Origin: Lama glama
Lineage: Eukaryota
Assembly: GCA_028534125.1 (NCBI GenBank)
Contig: CM052817.1
Span: forward strand, 72,914,001 to 72,978,000
Direction: 5' to 3'
DNA length: 64,000 nucleotides
Part shown: positions 42,621 through 55,572 of the stretch, piece by piece
Numbering within the stretch: position 1 is the first letter of the stretch
How the letters are laid out: every line of letters begins with the position of its first letter
The notes under the pieces: model-generated
Database searches by the model: none
What the model was told of the DNA's origin: nothing
The model's input: the letters and a program-made list of their open reading frames with translations, nothing else
Position numbers and translations under genes: made by a program

Positions 42621-45394
42621 TAAGCTGTGTGATTTAACCTCTTATTTTGTTGTTTCTAAAGTGAGAGACTTTGATTTAATTATCTTTACGGATACTTCTC
42701 TCCTAAAAATCCTACGATTTATTTAATTTCTCATCACTAATTCTGTGTTCTTTTAAGAAGGATTTTCAATCAATTCTAACACCCCTATGTCATTAATTAT
42801 GGACAAAAATAATAATATTACTATTTTGGTGAGAATCCTTTTTAATGTGCATGTCATAGTTAGTACTATTATATGATAATGAAGGAAACTGTGCATTTGA
42901 TAAATGTTCTTCCATTGGGACCTCACATACAAAGAATAAAATTTGGCAAAGACATAAAGTGATTAATGGTAGAACAGGGGTTGGGGGAATGCCATCTGTA
43001 TTTCTGCACTGGTATATTGTTTTATGGGTGAAGTGTTTCTGTATGTGTCTGTGTTTGGTTGATTTTTAACCGTATTGCAGCTGTGCTAAGCATTTCTCTT
43101 AATTCTTTCTCTTCATTCTCTTAAGTCTTTTTTCACAATTGAATCTGAATTCTAGTCTTCAATACCTCGAAAGGGCTATGAAAAATGTACTAAACTGCTG
43201 CAAATAGCTTTACCTTGTTTAAATTTTTATAGAAGATGAAAATAAAATTTTGAGCAATTTTATGCTGAATAAACTCACCTTCAAGTATGCTATAAACAGT
43301 GAAGAAAGATATAAAACAAAAAACAAAAAAAAAGATAGTGATATTCATTTCACTGTCTTAAATGTACTCATTCTATAAAAAAGGAAAATGTGTTTACACA
43401 GCTTTTCTTTTTTCAGAGATCAGATATGTAAGGGAGCTAAAGGATGTAGGACTGTGGTATTGAGGGGATACCCTGGATACAGAAAATACTGTAATAAGAT
43501 TGACTATAATGTCAGTGATCCAAGAATGCTGCCTTTTTTCTCTTCCATGTTTTTAAGTGTCTTTCCTTTAGGATTATTTGAACCCCCATCCAATTAACTG
43601 CTGGATATCTTTGTTTCGACAGAACTTCATTTGTGAAGAGATGCCACTTGTAGGCATTCTTCTAGTGACTTTGCTTTTTTCCTCTTCTTTAGATTGCCCA
43701 GATTAAGAAGTGCTTCAGTAAAGTGATAGAGTTTTAGTAATTATTTTATCTGGCTCATACATACTTAGGGGTTCATTGTAGTACTTTTTCTAATGTTGTG
43801 GGTTTGAAAGTTTTCACATTAAAAAAAAGAGAAGCAGCAGGCTGCAGCAGCCACAGCACACCCAGACCAGTTCTTATTGGGTTTTCCACTTCTAATCTCT
43901 GTCCCACCAGCTGTTCCCAGGATCTGAGATGGTGTGATTCACTGCTGCCTCCCTACTTGGCCTCCAGGAGTTAACTAATTGCCTATTTTGACTTAAGTGT
44001 TGCAACACCTACTTCTTCCCCTGAAAAACCCACAAGCAGAATGTAGAAGAATTTAAAGTAAATCTTCAGAAAAAACTGCTTCAGATTAGGGTACTTACTT
44101 TGTACTGAAACCACAAAAACACTGAAAAAGTCTTAAAAAGGCTTCAGTAACAACAGAAAACCCCAAAGTACAAAATAAGTGCATAGATTAAAAGAAATTG
44201 GAGGTAGTAAAAAAGAAAAAAACTTGAATAAAAAAATGAAAAAAAGAGGCCAGAAATGATACAATGCTAGACCCTGGAGTAAAAGAGAGAGTTGAGGGAC
44301 CAGAAGAATTACAAACTAAATTAAGGACTCTTCAAGTTCTATTGTAAAGAAAAGAAAGGCTTAATCTCAGGAAAGAACAAGATTTTTTGTTTTTCTTTTT
44401 TAATGTGGTATATTCTCACAGAACATATTAAAAAGCATGGGAAGCTGAGAAAAATAAAACTGACCTAATTTTAGCACGAGTGAAGGAAAAAATAATTTAG
44501 AAGTTAAAATACAAAAAATAAGGAAGGGTTAACAAATAAATTATAATTCAGGAGGATATTATCAGTATCAAAAAGGATTCATATAAATTCCATTTTGTGG
44601 GTTAGAAAAACTGAAGCTCAGGAAAGTGAAGTAATTTGGTCAAGGTCACACTCAGTGTAAATGTTGGAGCCTGGATTTTATCTCCCAAGTTATCTCTACA
44701 GCATTTTGTTTTTCTCACTTTTTTTTTTTTTGGTAAAAATGAACATCGAAAAGTAAGTTATTAAATTATATGTACTTATAACTCAAAAATATTTCTTCCT
44801 TAAACTTAAAATGTAGACTTAAGAATGATGCCCCATTGAGTCTCATTTTTCTACTATTTCATCAATGACACTGTGCTCTACATAAATTACTATTATACGG
44901 AAAAGACCAGCTTAAAGTTATATTGAAAATCATTTTGTCTATTGCAAATAAAAATTAGATTTCATCACTCTCTTTCTTTAAATATGTATTTTAAACTGTA
45001 TGTGTAGGATAGAGAAATTTTTAATGACAATATTTTTAGTTATTTACTTACTGATTTCTGAAATGATTAAGCTCTGGCTTTTACTAAAGGAATCTAAATT
45101 TGATTTATGTGTTTGAAGAGTGCCTCAAGTTAAGCTAACTAACTTTTTTTGGCATAGACAACATACTTAATGGCATTTAATACTTACTTGTTAATATGTG
45201 AAACCCTATACCTAAAGCTTTTTTTAAAACATGAGTAATTTTCCAACTTGCACCTACTATGAGCAAGTAGATACTCAATAACTAATTACTGATTTGAATC
45301 ATCACTCCTAGGATAAATTAGATTTAATAAATTATAAATACCACTATGTCACCTACATGACATAGTTTTGCTTTTGTGACTATATTACAGTCTA

Positions 45395-46245
45395 GTGAGA
45401 AGAGAGAAACTATATCAATTATTTTAACAAAGATAATCTAATACAAAGAATTGTTAAGTGAGCACTGAAGAATAGAAAAGACAAAAAGAAAACATTAAGG
45501 TCATGATATCCAAAGATGGTAAAAAAAAAAAAAAAAGCATCATAAGCACCTCCTGGAAAGTTGTTAGAAGTACAAATTCTCAGACTCCAAGCCTTACTTG
45601 TGGCTGACTGAATCAGAAACCTTGCTGGTGGGCCAGCAATCTGTGCGTAAAAGCTTTCCAGGGGCTTCTACCTTATGGTAAAGTTTAAAAACCACTGCAC
45701 TAAAGTAGGCTAAAGTTCCACTGATAGTAACAGCAGGAAGCAGCTACCACTCCTAAGCCTGGGGAAGCAAATAAAAGAGGTAGAATTACTAAAACTGAGA
45801 AGACTGGGGAAGGCCCCATCCATGGAGCTCAGACTTCCAAGAACTGATCACTGCTTACCTAGTGCTGGTTTCTAACTTAAAGAAGGGACATCATAGACCT
45901 GGGAAGCAGGTATCTGGGGAAGAGGAACTCACGAGTTTGATCTGGTATCTCAAGAAGGCACATTGAGAGTGATTCTGCAAGTGTTGGGAAGCCACCAGAT
46001 TGAAATCAGTGGCTGCTACTGGAAGGACCTACCACTGCCTGAGTAAACTATTGCTAGAGTGAGACTGACAGGACCAAGAAACCCATGAGAGGCCAACAAG
46101 AAAGAGCAAATCCCTTCTTCCTTCTCCAGCTGTGCAGTGTCTCTCTAGTTCCTCTATTGGCAGAGCCTAACAGGGAGCCAGATATGTCTGCAGGATTCCA
46201 AAGGGTGGGTTTGCAGCTGAGAGACTGTAGCTTAATAACTAATAT
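45395..46245. mobile_element. Old ERVL-class LTR (LTR33/LTR41-like) with nested MER5A
   Basis: tagtaacagcaggaagcagctaccactcctaagcctgg and cctctattggcagagcctaacagggagccag motifs; family uncertain. Confidence 0.45.
45503..45697. mobile_element. MER5A-like DNA transposon
   Basis: ttgttagaagtacaaattctcag...ctgaatcagaaac...aaagtttaaaaaccactg. Confidence 0.65.
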
Positions 46246-47018
46246 GAAAGCCTTAATTGTTGTAAGACTAAGAGGTAATAGAAATAGTATATAATTTTTG
46301 GTATGTTTAATTGGGTACACATCAGCATTTTCTGAGGAACTGACCTCTACGTGGACTATTGGGTTTATTGTACAAAATGCTTCCTACCTGGAAACTATAG
46401 GTTTCTTCTGATGAGATTAATAAGAGGCATTTAGGACTTTTGTAGAATTTGGACAGGAGACTATGCAAGAGCCTACACTGAAGTGTTCCTAGCTCTCCAG
46501 CTAAGACTGAAAGATCACAGCAGTAACAGCTGAGGATTGCTTACAGTAGCAGCAAGCCCTGCTCCAGTCAGCTGAGGCTAGGTTCCATGAAGTCTCAGTG
46601 TCAAAAGGAGTGGTCTAAAAAGAAGCTTACTTACCAGGGTAGAGCTATCCAGGGCCCTGCCTCAAAATAGAGGGAAAAGGTGGTTCTGAAATCATGGACA
46701 CTGACAAGAGCAATATGAACATGAGTCTTCATTTAAGAAGTTGTCTTTGTGCAATTCTAGGAAACTAGAAAGTGAATGGAAATGAATCAGCTATATCCTT
46801 CATCTTGTAAATCAGTATTCTGGTGGTTGAGGGTCCAGTCAATGTTGATTCTGTAGAAATCAGTAAGTCAGTGCTCTCCATTTTCTTGGGCACAGACACA
46901 GTTGTCCTATATGACAATCAAAAGGACAATTCCCAAGTATTATTGAATGATTATCTGAAGTATGACCAGTATATACTTGGGAAGATTAGAAAAGATCTAT
47001 GACAGTTGTTATTCTTAA

Positions 47019-47327
<309 letters not shown>

Positions 47328-49420
47328 AATAGGGCCAAATGAACTGTTGTTCAACATTTGGTAGCCATATATGTAATTAGTGAAGTTCTATATTTCACTA
47401 CACGAACGCTGAAAAGTTTGCCTTGTTTCAAATTGTGTGCTGTTTTGTAACTAAATTTATAAGTTGATGTTGTTTAAAATTAAACTCAACTCTTGATTAT
47501 TATAGGGTTGAATATATATTTTGTAACTTACTCAAAATTATCTACTGTGATCTGTGCCCACTTTCAGACACCCCTATTCCCATGACAGATCTTAAATAAC
47601 ACCAAAAGTGAGCAGGGAAAATAGAATGTGAAATTCAAAATGGGCAATACAGGTCTTGCAAAGAGCTCCAATAAAACATTTAGAAGAAAAAGGATGAAAC
47701 AACGAGCTAAAAATAACTTTTAATTGGAGAATTGCTCCCCACCAACCCCCACCAAAGAAAACCCGTATTATTTGGAAATAATTTGGATTTCTGTTGTCCC
47801 TGCTCAGCCCAGACCAATGTAAATGATAATTACTATACACTACCTTAACATTTTGATGAAAATCAGTAAAGCTAGCATATTTTCTAAAGATTGAAAAGAA
47901 ATATATTTATTATTGTTGGAGAAACGTCCCAAGTTAAATGTAACCTTTTTATAATGTAATACTTGGGCTTGGAATCACTTCAGTATATCATTTGAAGTTT
48001 TAGACAATTTTGGTGCTAATTACTTTTTGTGAATTTTTAAAGTCTCATAAGCCAGGTCCATAGTTGGCTACACCCCATGGTAATGCTATATATTATTGTA
48101 TCTAACCAGTTGAGTATTTTCCTAAAGAGACATTTCATTGTATTTTTTTCAGAAATTTACATTTTATAGTTCTTTTATAGCAATTATTGTAAGATTTTAA
48201 AAATCTACTTCCTATGTTGGCATGGATTTCCCCCCCCCCAAAATTGGTTTGTATTATGGCTGAAATTCTTTACTATTCTTTTTTTAAAAATCAGCTCATT
48301 TTCTTTGATATCTGTATTAGGAAGTACAGTATTACAGTATAAAACCAAATGCTTAAGTTTGGAACTCAACAGTCAATTGTATAATATTCCTTTAAGGCTA
48401 AAGCCAAATAAGTAATTGGCCCCAGGCATGTTATTAATGTCTTAATTCAGCACTTTGGGGTTTTATATTGAAATAAATATTTCTTAAATATACTTAGAAA
48501 ATGGAAATGGCTTGCTTACAGTTTGAATTTTGTTAGAGAACCTAAAATCTTTACACTTTCATCTCGAAGACTTTCTATGTAGACAAAAGAGAGGTAGTTA
48601 AGATAATTAGAAATTCAAGTTAAATAAGAGGACTTGGGACAATAGGGCATTTTTAATCTTTGGCAGGGCAATAACCAAAGTGTGTAAAGTGTTTACTCTT
48701 CTACTTTATAAAGTTTTTACCCAATCCTGTTTTTGAAATTTATTGTACAAGTTCTCACTGTCTTCCATTCTGAAGCAGAAAATTGATGAAAATGTTCAAT
48801 TTAGATTTCTAAAATTAGAAAATCCCAAATAAAAGTACCAGAGAGCACTAAAAAGTATTGTGCATTTGTATAAATACATATCTTTTACAGTCTGACTTAG
48901 GAAGACTTGTACTATATCATTGTGTTTTTATTGGGTTTGCAATATTTTTATAGTAACCTTTATGAACTCGGTGTAAGTGCAGATTATTTGAAAAGGTCTC
49001 TTCATTTGTGTGCAGTAGAATTGCAAGGTTTTTAATAGAGGTCATGAGATTTTGTATATCTACATTAAATATTCAAAAGTGCATTTTTTCTAATACTACC
49101 AGGAATTTTAATTTCCTCTTGGAATGTAAAAAAGATAAAGTGTGTATAATAACAGCTCTGGTTCCACCACTGTCTAATATTGAAAATATTTTAAAATTAA
49201 CTTTTAATGGTAATTATTTAATATACTGTCAATTACTATGTATCTGCACACTGCTGTTAATAGGGTATATATTAAATTCTATAAAGAAATGAGACATTTT
49301 GCTGCTCTTCTTTCTGCACATATTATTAGTTATAGTAGTATGCCATCAAATTGTTTGCTTTTATAGGGAAAAAACAAACTTTCTTATTTGATGGAAATAA
49401 AATATTTTCTTTGATGAAAT
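47328..49420 (+). other. FAM241A: FAM241A 3' UTR with several candidate poly(A) signals
   Basis: Repeat-free AU-rich sequence; AATAAA at 47670, 48472, 48828 and 49396, ATTAAA at 49271. The true 3' end cannot be determined from sequence alone. Confidence 0.6.
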
Positions 49421-49810
49421 ATATTAGAATGCAGATTATACTGACAGCCTCAAATGAAGAGAAACTGGTCATTTCTTTGCTTCAAGGTATAAGGAATTAG
49501 ATCGAACATAATTCTCAATTTTTTCAATCTCAGATACAAGCCAATTTTAGAAACTATTATTGCTATGAATAAGAGCTAGAAGTCACAATGCTGTATTATT
49601 AGATTATTGGTGTATATATCGCTCATACTGCCAGCCCTTAATTCAAAGGGAAAAGGTCAAGACCTACAAATAAGCTGACTATAGATGAATAAATCCATTT
49701 TCATTAAAGTAAAAACTCAGTATTTTGTAGGATTTAGTTCTCTCATATCTTAAGCTATCATGTATAAGGTAGTTTCCCATTCCTGGCCACCAGTCAGGTC
49801 ATTCTTGGTC

Positions 49811-50016
49811 TAGTAGTGTGCTGGTATCAGCTTGCATTGGCTTGCAGGAACCAACTGTATACATTTTTTTTCCTACTCTGCCTTCAGTGACATCAAGTTG
49901 GTAGCTTGAAATTGTGTATAGGGGCAATATTTACACTAGAAAATTGGCAAACATGACAAACTAGGACTCTTTTTCCCTGGCAAGCCAATTGTTAAACATT
50001 TATCAGCACACCACTG
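49811..50016. mobile_element. MER63-like hAT-Blackjack MITE
   Basis: TIRs tagtagtgtgctggta ... tatcagcacaccactg; internal ttcagtgacatcaagttggtagcttgaaat. Confidence 0.8.
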
Positions 50017-50609
50017 ATTAGCCTGGGAGGCCGCATTTCCCTTCTACTCCTATGAATATAAAAGAAGCATATAAAGGCAAGTCCCCATCAACCCATCCAA
50101 AACTGTATTTGTATTTTTTCCTTGTGAGAAATATGAACCATGACTGTCTTCTGACCAACATATATCTCTATTTAATCACATGTTTTGATCAGAGAAAATC
50201 TCTCTGGGATGTCACTGAGCTGCAAAGCCACTATAGACTATCCAGATGATCAGGAAATAAGAAACAGTTACAGAGCTGACGGAGGGCAAGTTACAGCAGA
50301 AGTAAAAGTCTGTTGTCAAGTAGAAAGCTATGTATTGAGCAATCAAGGGCTGTTTGTTTGGTTTTGTAGATTATATTTTAACAGTTATTTTACAAATGTT
50401 TATTGACTTCAATTTATTTTAAATGTTTTCATTCCCAATTAAGAGCTTTACAAATGTGAAAGAAGAGGAAAAAAATCAAGATTTTTATACCTGTTAGTAC
50501 TTCTAGCACTACACTTGGCCAAGGAGAATATAACTAATGCACAAATTATGGCTTCAGGATTATTGCTAGACTGAGGGTATTTTTAAGTCCTCTTTCTCTG
50601 CACAACCCT

Positions 50610-51636
50610 TAATCTTTGGTGTCCCAGCCTGTTCTCTCATCACTCTACACATTGCCTTGGGCAATACACCACTCCCGTGGCTTTAGTTACCATTTCATAC
50701 TAACAGCTCTCCAGTCTGCATCTCCAGTTCAGAGAGTTCTATACAGAATACAAGATCCATACATTCACTTGCTTGCCCAACATTTGTACTTGCTTATCCC
50801 TTAGTACCCCAAATTCAATACATCCAAAAAGAGAACTCAGCAGCCTTCTCCCAAATCTTTTCTTCTTCCTGTGTTTCCAGTCTCAGCAAATGACACAATC
50901 CTCTCCTACACTGCCCACATATAGCCAATCACCAAGCCCTGTCTCTTTTACTTCCTAAAAATATCTTTAATCTTTCCACTTCTCTCCATTCCTAGTATCA
51001 CTGACTTATTCCATACCATCATAGATTGATTGCTATCAGAATCTTCCGTGGTCTCCTTGCCTTTGTTTTCCCACTTTATAGTCAGAATTATCTTTCTAAA
51101 ATGTATGTCTGATTTCCTGGGCCTAAATCTTTTCAATGGCTTCGTGTTGCAATTATGATAAAATCCTTACTGCTTCATTTGTTTTACAAGACCCTTCATG
51201 AACTGGTTCTTGTGTACCTCATCTCCCTATACCATCACCCTCCCTTTCCACTATATTGCTTTTGTTTTTCAGCTGAGGGAGACACTTTCTCACTTCCAGA
51301 ATTCTGTGCATGCTCTACCTTCTTTCTTGAACCCTTCACCACCAAACTGACTAACATCTCCACAGCTTTAAAGCCTCAATTTAGACGTCATGGCCTCCGG
51401 GAAAATTTCTGCGACTCTTTCAAATCCAGTTTCAGTACTTCTTGTGCTTTCAGAGGACTCTGTATTTCTCCTGTCAACATTTGTCATGCTATATTGTAAA
51501 AGCTTATGGTCACTTCTTCCATTAAACAATAGGCATCACGGCAGAAAACATGTCTATGGTGTTCATAACTGCATTGCCTAACACGATGCGTGGCATACGG
51601 TATGTGCTTAAAACTCTGTCAAATGAATAAATAAAT
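50610..51636 (+). mobile_element. L2 LINE 3' portion
   Basis: Pyrimidine-rich L2 motifs ending in a ...aaatgaataaataaat tail. Confidence 0.75.
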
Positions 51637-53171
51637 CAGCTTCATTTATTCAGTGTGTTAACAAAGAAAATCTAGAGTTTAGAAGTTTTTGACTGCAAAA
51701 TGTACTTACTGTGCATAAAGAGAGAGGATTGATGTATACGTTCTTTATAAAGTTTATTCACTTTTGATGGAAGAATATTGCTGTTATTTGCATAAATACA
51801 TAGTATTGCTACTATATGCTTGCACTTTTTAGGAGAAAATATATTTTCAGTGCTGTGCTTGGTAGAGTCACTATTTCTCCAGGATGCATATGGTCACTCA
51901 TACTACCTAAATTACATATTTTTCCAGTATTTTTCTATAGACCTTTATCTACTAAAGTTTAATTTTTTTTTAATCTCCTAAGTGTGAGCAGGAATTTTGA
52001 ACTATCTAAGCTTGGTACTTTAGGCTCCATAATAATTCACTACTAGAATGTCCTAGTAGCCCAGATCATATATGTTAAATAATATGTATATAGAATACTT
52101 TGTTATTCTTTCTAATAAGTAATACTCTTTCACAACCCTGCATTCTGAGTCTCCCTTCCGAATCCTATATAGTGTGTTCCACTTATCAGTTAATTGGTGC
52201 CACATCAAGTGTCACCTGAGAGTGAACAGAGCTTTATTCTCCTCATCCCCACTGCTGGAGCAGAAAGCCAAGGCCTGCTATGTGTATTGCTTCCCAGGCA
52301 ACAGAGTGGTGAAAAAAATCCAGATCAACATCAACCTAGGCATCAAAGCTGTATTTCTTCTTTATGTTGCCTTGACAGTTTTTTTTTTAAGTTAGAATTA
52401 TTGATGAGCTTTGCAGGAGCCTGCTAAAATCCAGAACTTGGGCCTTCACATGCATACTAAATTTGAGTTGTTATCATTTCAGCAGTTAAACTTTCAACAT
52501 TTAACCTTTCATCAACTGAATTAGTTAGAAATCTCCTTGCTAGTTTTCCAAAGCACCATAGAATACAGTGACTTTTATCATAAGACCATGGACCTTTTTT
52601 GTTACTGGTTTACCCCATATTATAAGAGGCTAGTTGATGGTTTATTTTTTAATATGAGATTTTTTTAATAAAAGAATGAAAATTCTATATGCAATATATT
52701 TATTTATACTATAGTTGGTTTGAGACAAAATTTAATAAGAATTATTCTTGGGGTTGGAGAGTGGGATATTTAAAAATCTTCAATATTTGAGAATATGTGC
52801 GATCTACTGAATGCTCTTCTCTGGTCTGTCATGATTGCTTCTGCAAAATATTTTCCTGGTTATTACATATGTAATATCAAAAATATTAATGACTATTATT
52901 TAATGTATTTTCAGCTTTAAAAGGCACAAGAGTATATGTGTAAATGCAACATACAAATAAAAAGAAGAAACAATTACAAAAGGAAAACACACCTTAGGTG
53001 TTGGTTTGGAACGATTAACTTAAATAAATTGGTCTCGTACAAAACTATAATGATAAGGTGAAGTATTTGTTTAATTGTTAAAAGGTGTTTAGTTTGGTTT
53101 GCTTTAAGTGAAATCTTACATAAATACCCAATATATATAAATGATAAAAGCAGCGCTGCCATAATTGATTT

Positions 53172-53515
53172 TGCTGTAGGTCCAAATTCCCAGGGAATTA
53201 GACTCCGGGAAAAAATTAGCATGCAGGAAATTTACTAGGGAGTGCTCTAAAGTGAGCACCTGTGAAGGAAGTAAAGGAATTAGAATTGGGCAGTTCAGTA
53301 CAGTCACAGCAAGGCCTCTATGGGGTGCTCTCAAACAGGAATGGCCTTAAGGACTGACCTATAGTTGGGATAAGGGAGATCTCTTCAGCCAAAAGTCATT
53401 GCCAGAGATGGCTGACAGCTGGGGGTTGTCATTAGCAGTATTCCAGCAGCTATCACAGTAAATCCTGTGGTTCTGAAGGGAGGATCTGCACAGCACAAAA
53501 CACCATCCATTATAG
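53172..53515 (-). mobile_element. LTR16-like ERVL LTR
   Basis: tagcatgcaggaaatttactagggagtgctct...cacctgtgaaggaag...ttctgaagggaggatctg. Confidence 0.65.
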
Positions 53516-54658
53516 ACTCAATTCTCACCTCACCCTCCATGATCTCTGAGTCACTTCCACGAACCCCACTCTTCAGAGTACAGAATAAGATGACTAATTC
53601 AAATTATAAACTCATTGATCAAGGTAAATTTAAAATTTTTTCTGAACAGAGGTACAGCCTTCAGTCTGTTGTGCTGCCTGCTTCTGTTACGAGATTCAGG
53701 TCTTCAGTTACAGTGAAGTTTTAGTTGACTGAGCAGTATGACCAGAATTCAAAAAAAGGCTTGAAGTTATTACGAACAGGTGAGAAAATGCTTCACAGAA
53801 AAGCCCATTACTTAAAATTAAGAGTAGGAAATCCATGAAATTTTGTATATGTCAACTGCTTACACCAAAATTTATGCTAACTCCCCTGGGGCCTCACAAG
53901 ACATTAAGGGCATGTCTTGGGAGCTGGGTAGGTTCAAGCCTAGATGCAAGTAAGTGCTTGTGCTCTCTGGCCCCTTCCCCAAGTTCCAAGCTAGTTTTAA
54001 TACTCAAACATTGGGAACATGTTTAAAATAAGAATTCCAATGGCAGAGGAGAACTCACTTGTAAAGAAACTGTATTCCTCTCGCCCCCAACACACTATTG
54101 CAACTGGTTTGTGACTTGGAGATTAGGCCCTAATCATGGCTTTTTTATTTATTTTTAACACAAAAGGTCTCAGCAGCCAAATTTGGTAATTCAGTAGGCA
54201 CTTGAAAAGAACTTTCTCCAGTCTTGGCCCAGAACATTTTAGGGGCCCCTAGGTGTAATATTAGCTGCTATTTTTATCCCTGGAATCTTAGGAGTGAGCA
54301 AGATCAAACAAGACCATGTCCCCAAGCCAATTACATACTAAAACCATAAGATTGTTTAGGCCTGATGTCCCCCTTTGGTTATAGGAAGATATTAGAACAA
54401 CCTACAAACTTTTGGATAAAAATCTCTCTTTATGTCAGGCCTATATCTAAGACTTGGTTCTGCCATTTACTAACTGTACAATTTATATAAGTCATACCCA
54501 CATGTCTTTAAACTCCAAGCTTCTCACCTGTAAAATGGGGTCATTCTACATAAGACTAATAAATTATTGCATATCCTTTCATGGTGTCTTACACAAAGCA
54601 AGCTTTCAATAAATGCTAGTTATTAAATATACACATTCACACATAAGAGAGGACATTC

Positions 54659-54837
54659 CTTACACTGTATAGCACAGGGAAATATACACAAAATGTTATG
54701 ATAAATCTCAGAGAAAAAAATGTGACAATGAGTGTGTATATGTCCATGTATGACTGAAAAATTGTACTGAACACTGGAATTTGACACAACACTGTAAAAT
54801 GATTATGAATCAAGAAAAATGTAAAAAAAAAAAAAAA
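54659..54837 (+). mobile_element. Very short young camelid-type L1 3' end with poly-A
   Basis: Related to the reverse complement of 9770-9925; clean A tail; perfect 14-bp TSD AAGAGAGGACATTC at 54645-54658 and 54838-54851. Confidence 0.92.
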
Positions 54838-55433
54838 AAGAGAGGACATTCTTCACTATCCAAGGATACATTCAGAGCCATAGAAGATGATTATTTTATT
54901 GCTGCCAAAAGATAGATAAATACAAAGGAATTCTGTTACAATGCTGATTCACAATTCCTCATAATTGAAATTTTTGTGAATTCTGTTGTTAATTTCAGCT
55001 ATTTGTCATGAATCAAAACGATCATAAAAATGAAGAATGAAGAATCTAAAGAGCTGAATAGAAATGAAATGTGCTCTGTGCAGCCACACCTTCTTTAGTG
55101 AGACGTTTTCTCCAAACATCTACTTACTACAATACCATGCATTTTCTGTTGCACTCACCAAAGCATACACAATTCTCCTGTGGATGTGAACAATTTACAA
55201 AATGAAATCAGCTCTGAAAATACTTTTCTAAGTTTTACTCCATTGCATAGGCCAAGAGCATTATGCTATGTTTACAGAATCACAAAAAGTATATTGCTTT
55301 GATTCCAAACTGAAATTTCAGACTAATCTGGTGGTTTATGTTATATTATATTATGTTTTCAATGTGCATTAGAAATGTTTCGCCAAGATAAATATAATTG
55401 TACACTAGTACTCTCACATAAAAAATCCAGGAT

Positions 55434-55572
55434 GGGGGGACGGTATAGCTCAGTGTTAGAGCTTGTGCTTAGCATGCAGGAGGTCCTGGGTTTAATCCCC
55501 AGTACCTCCATTAAGTAATAAGTAAATGGATAAATAAACCTAACTACCTCCACACCCAAAAAAAATTTTTTT
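55434..55572 (+). mobile_element. Vic-1-type camelid tRNA-derived SINE
   Basis: GGGGGGACGGTATAGCTCAGTGTTAGAGC (A box)...GGTTTAATCCCC (B box)...taaacctaactacctcc; degenerate TSD AATCCAGGAT/AAGCCAGGAC. Confidence 0.85.

Noticed and set aside
51624..51652. TGAATAAAT...ATTTATTCA hairpin at an L2 tail (L2-derived miRNA-like)
   Set aside because: The stem is only about 9 bp and does not extend; too short for a pre-miRNA.
53650..53779. Plus-strand exon-like segment (AG...AG|GTGAGA)
   Set aside because: All three plus frames contain stops and there is no partner exon; better explained as the antisense of the minus-strand pseudo-exon.
55434..55510. tRNA-Ala-like sequence
   Set aside because: Head of a SINE with tail and TSD; not an intact tRNA cloverleaf.
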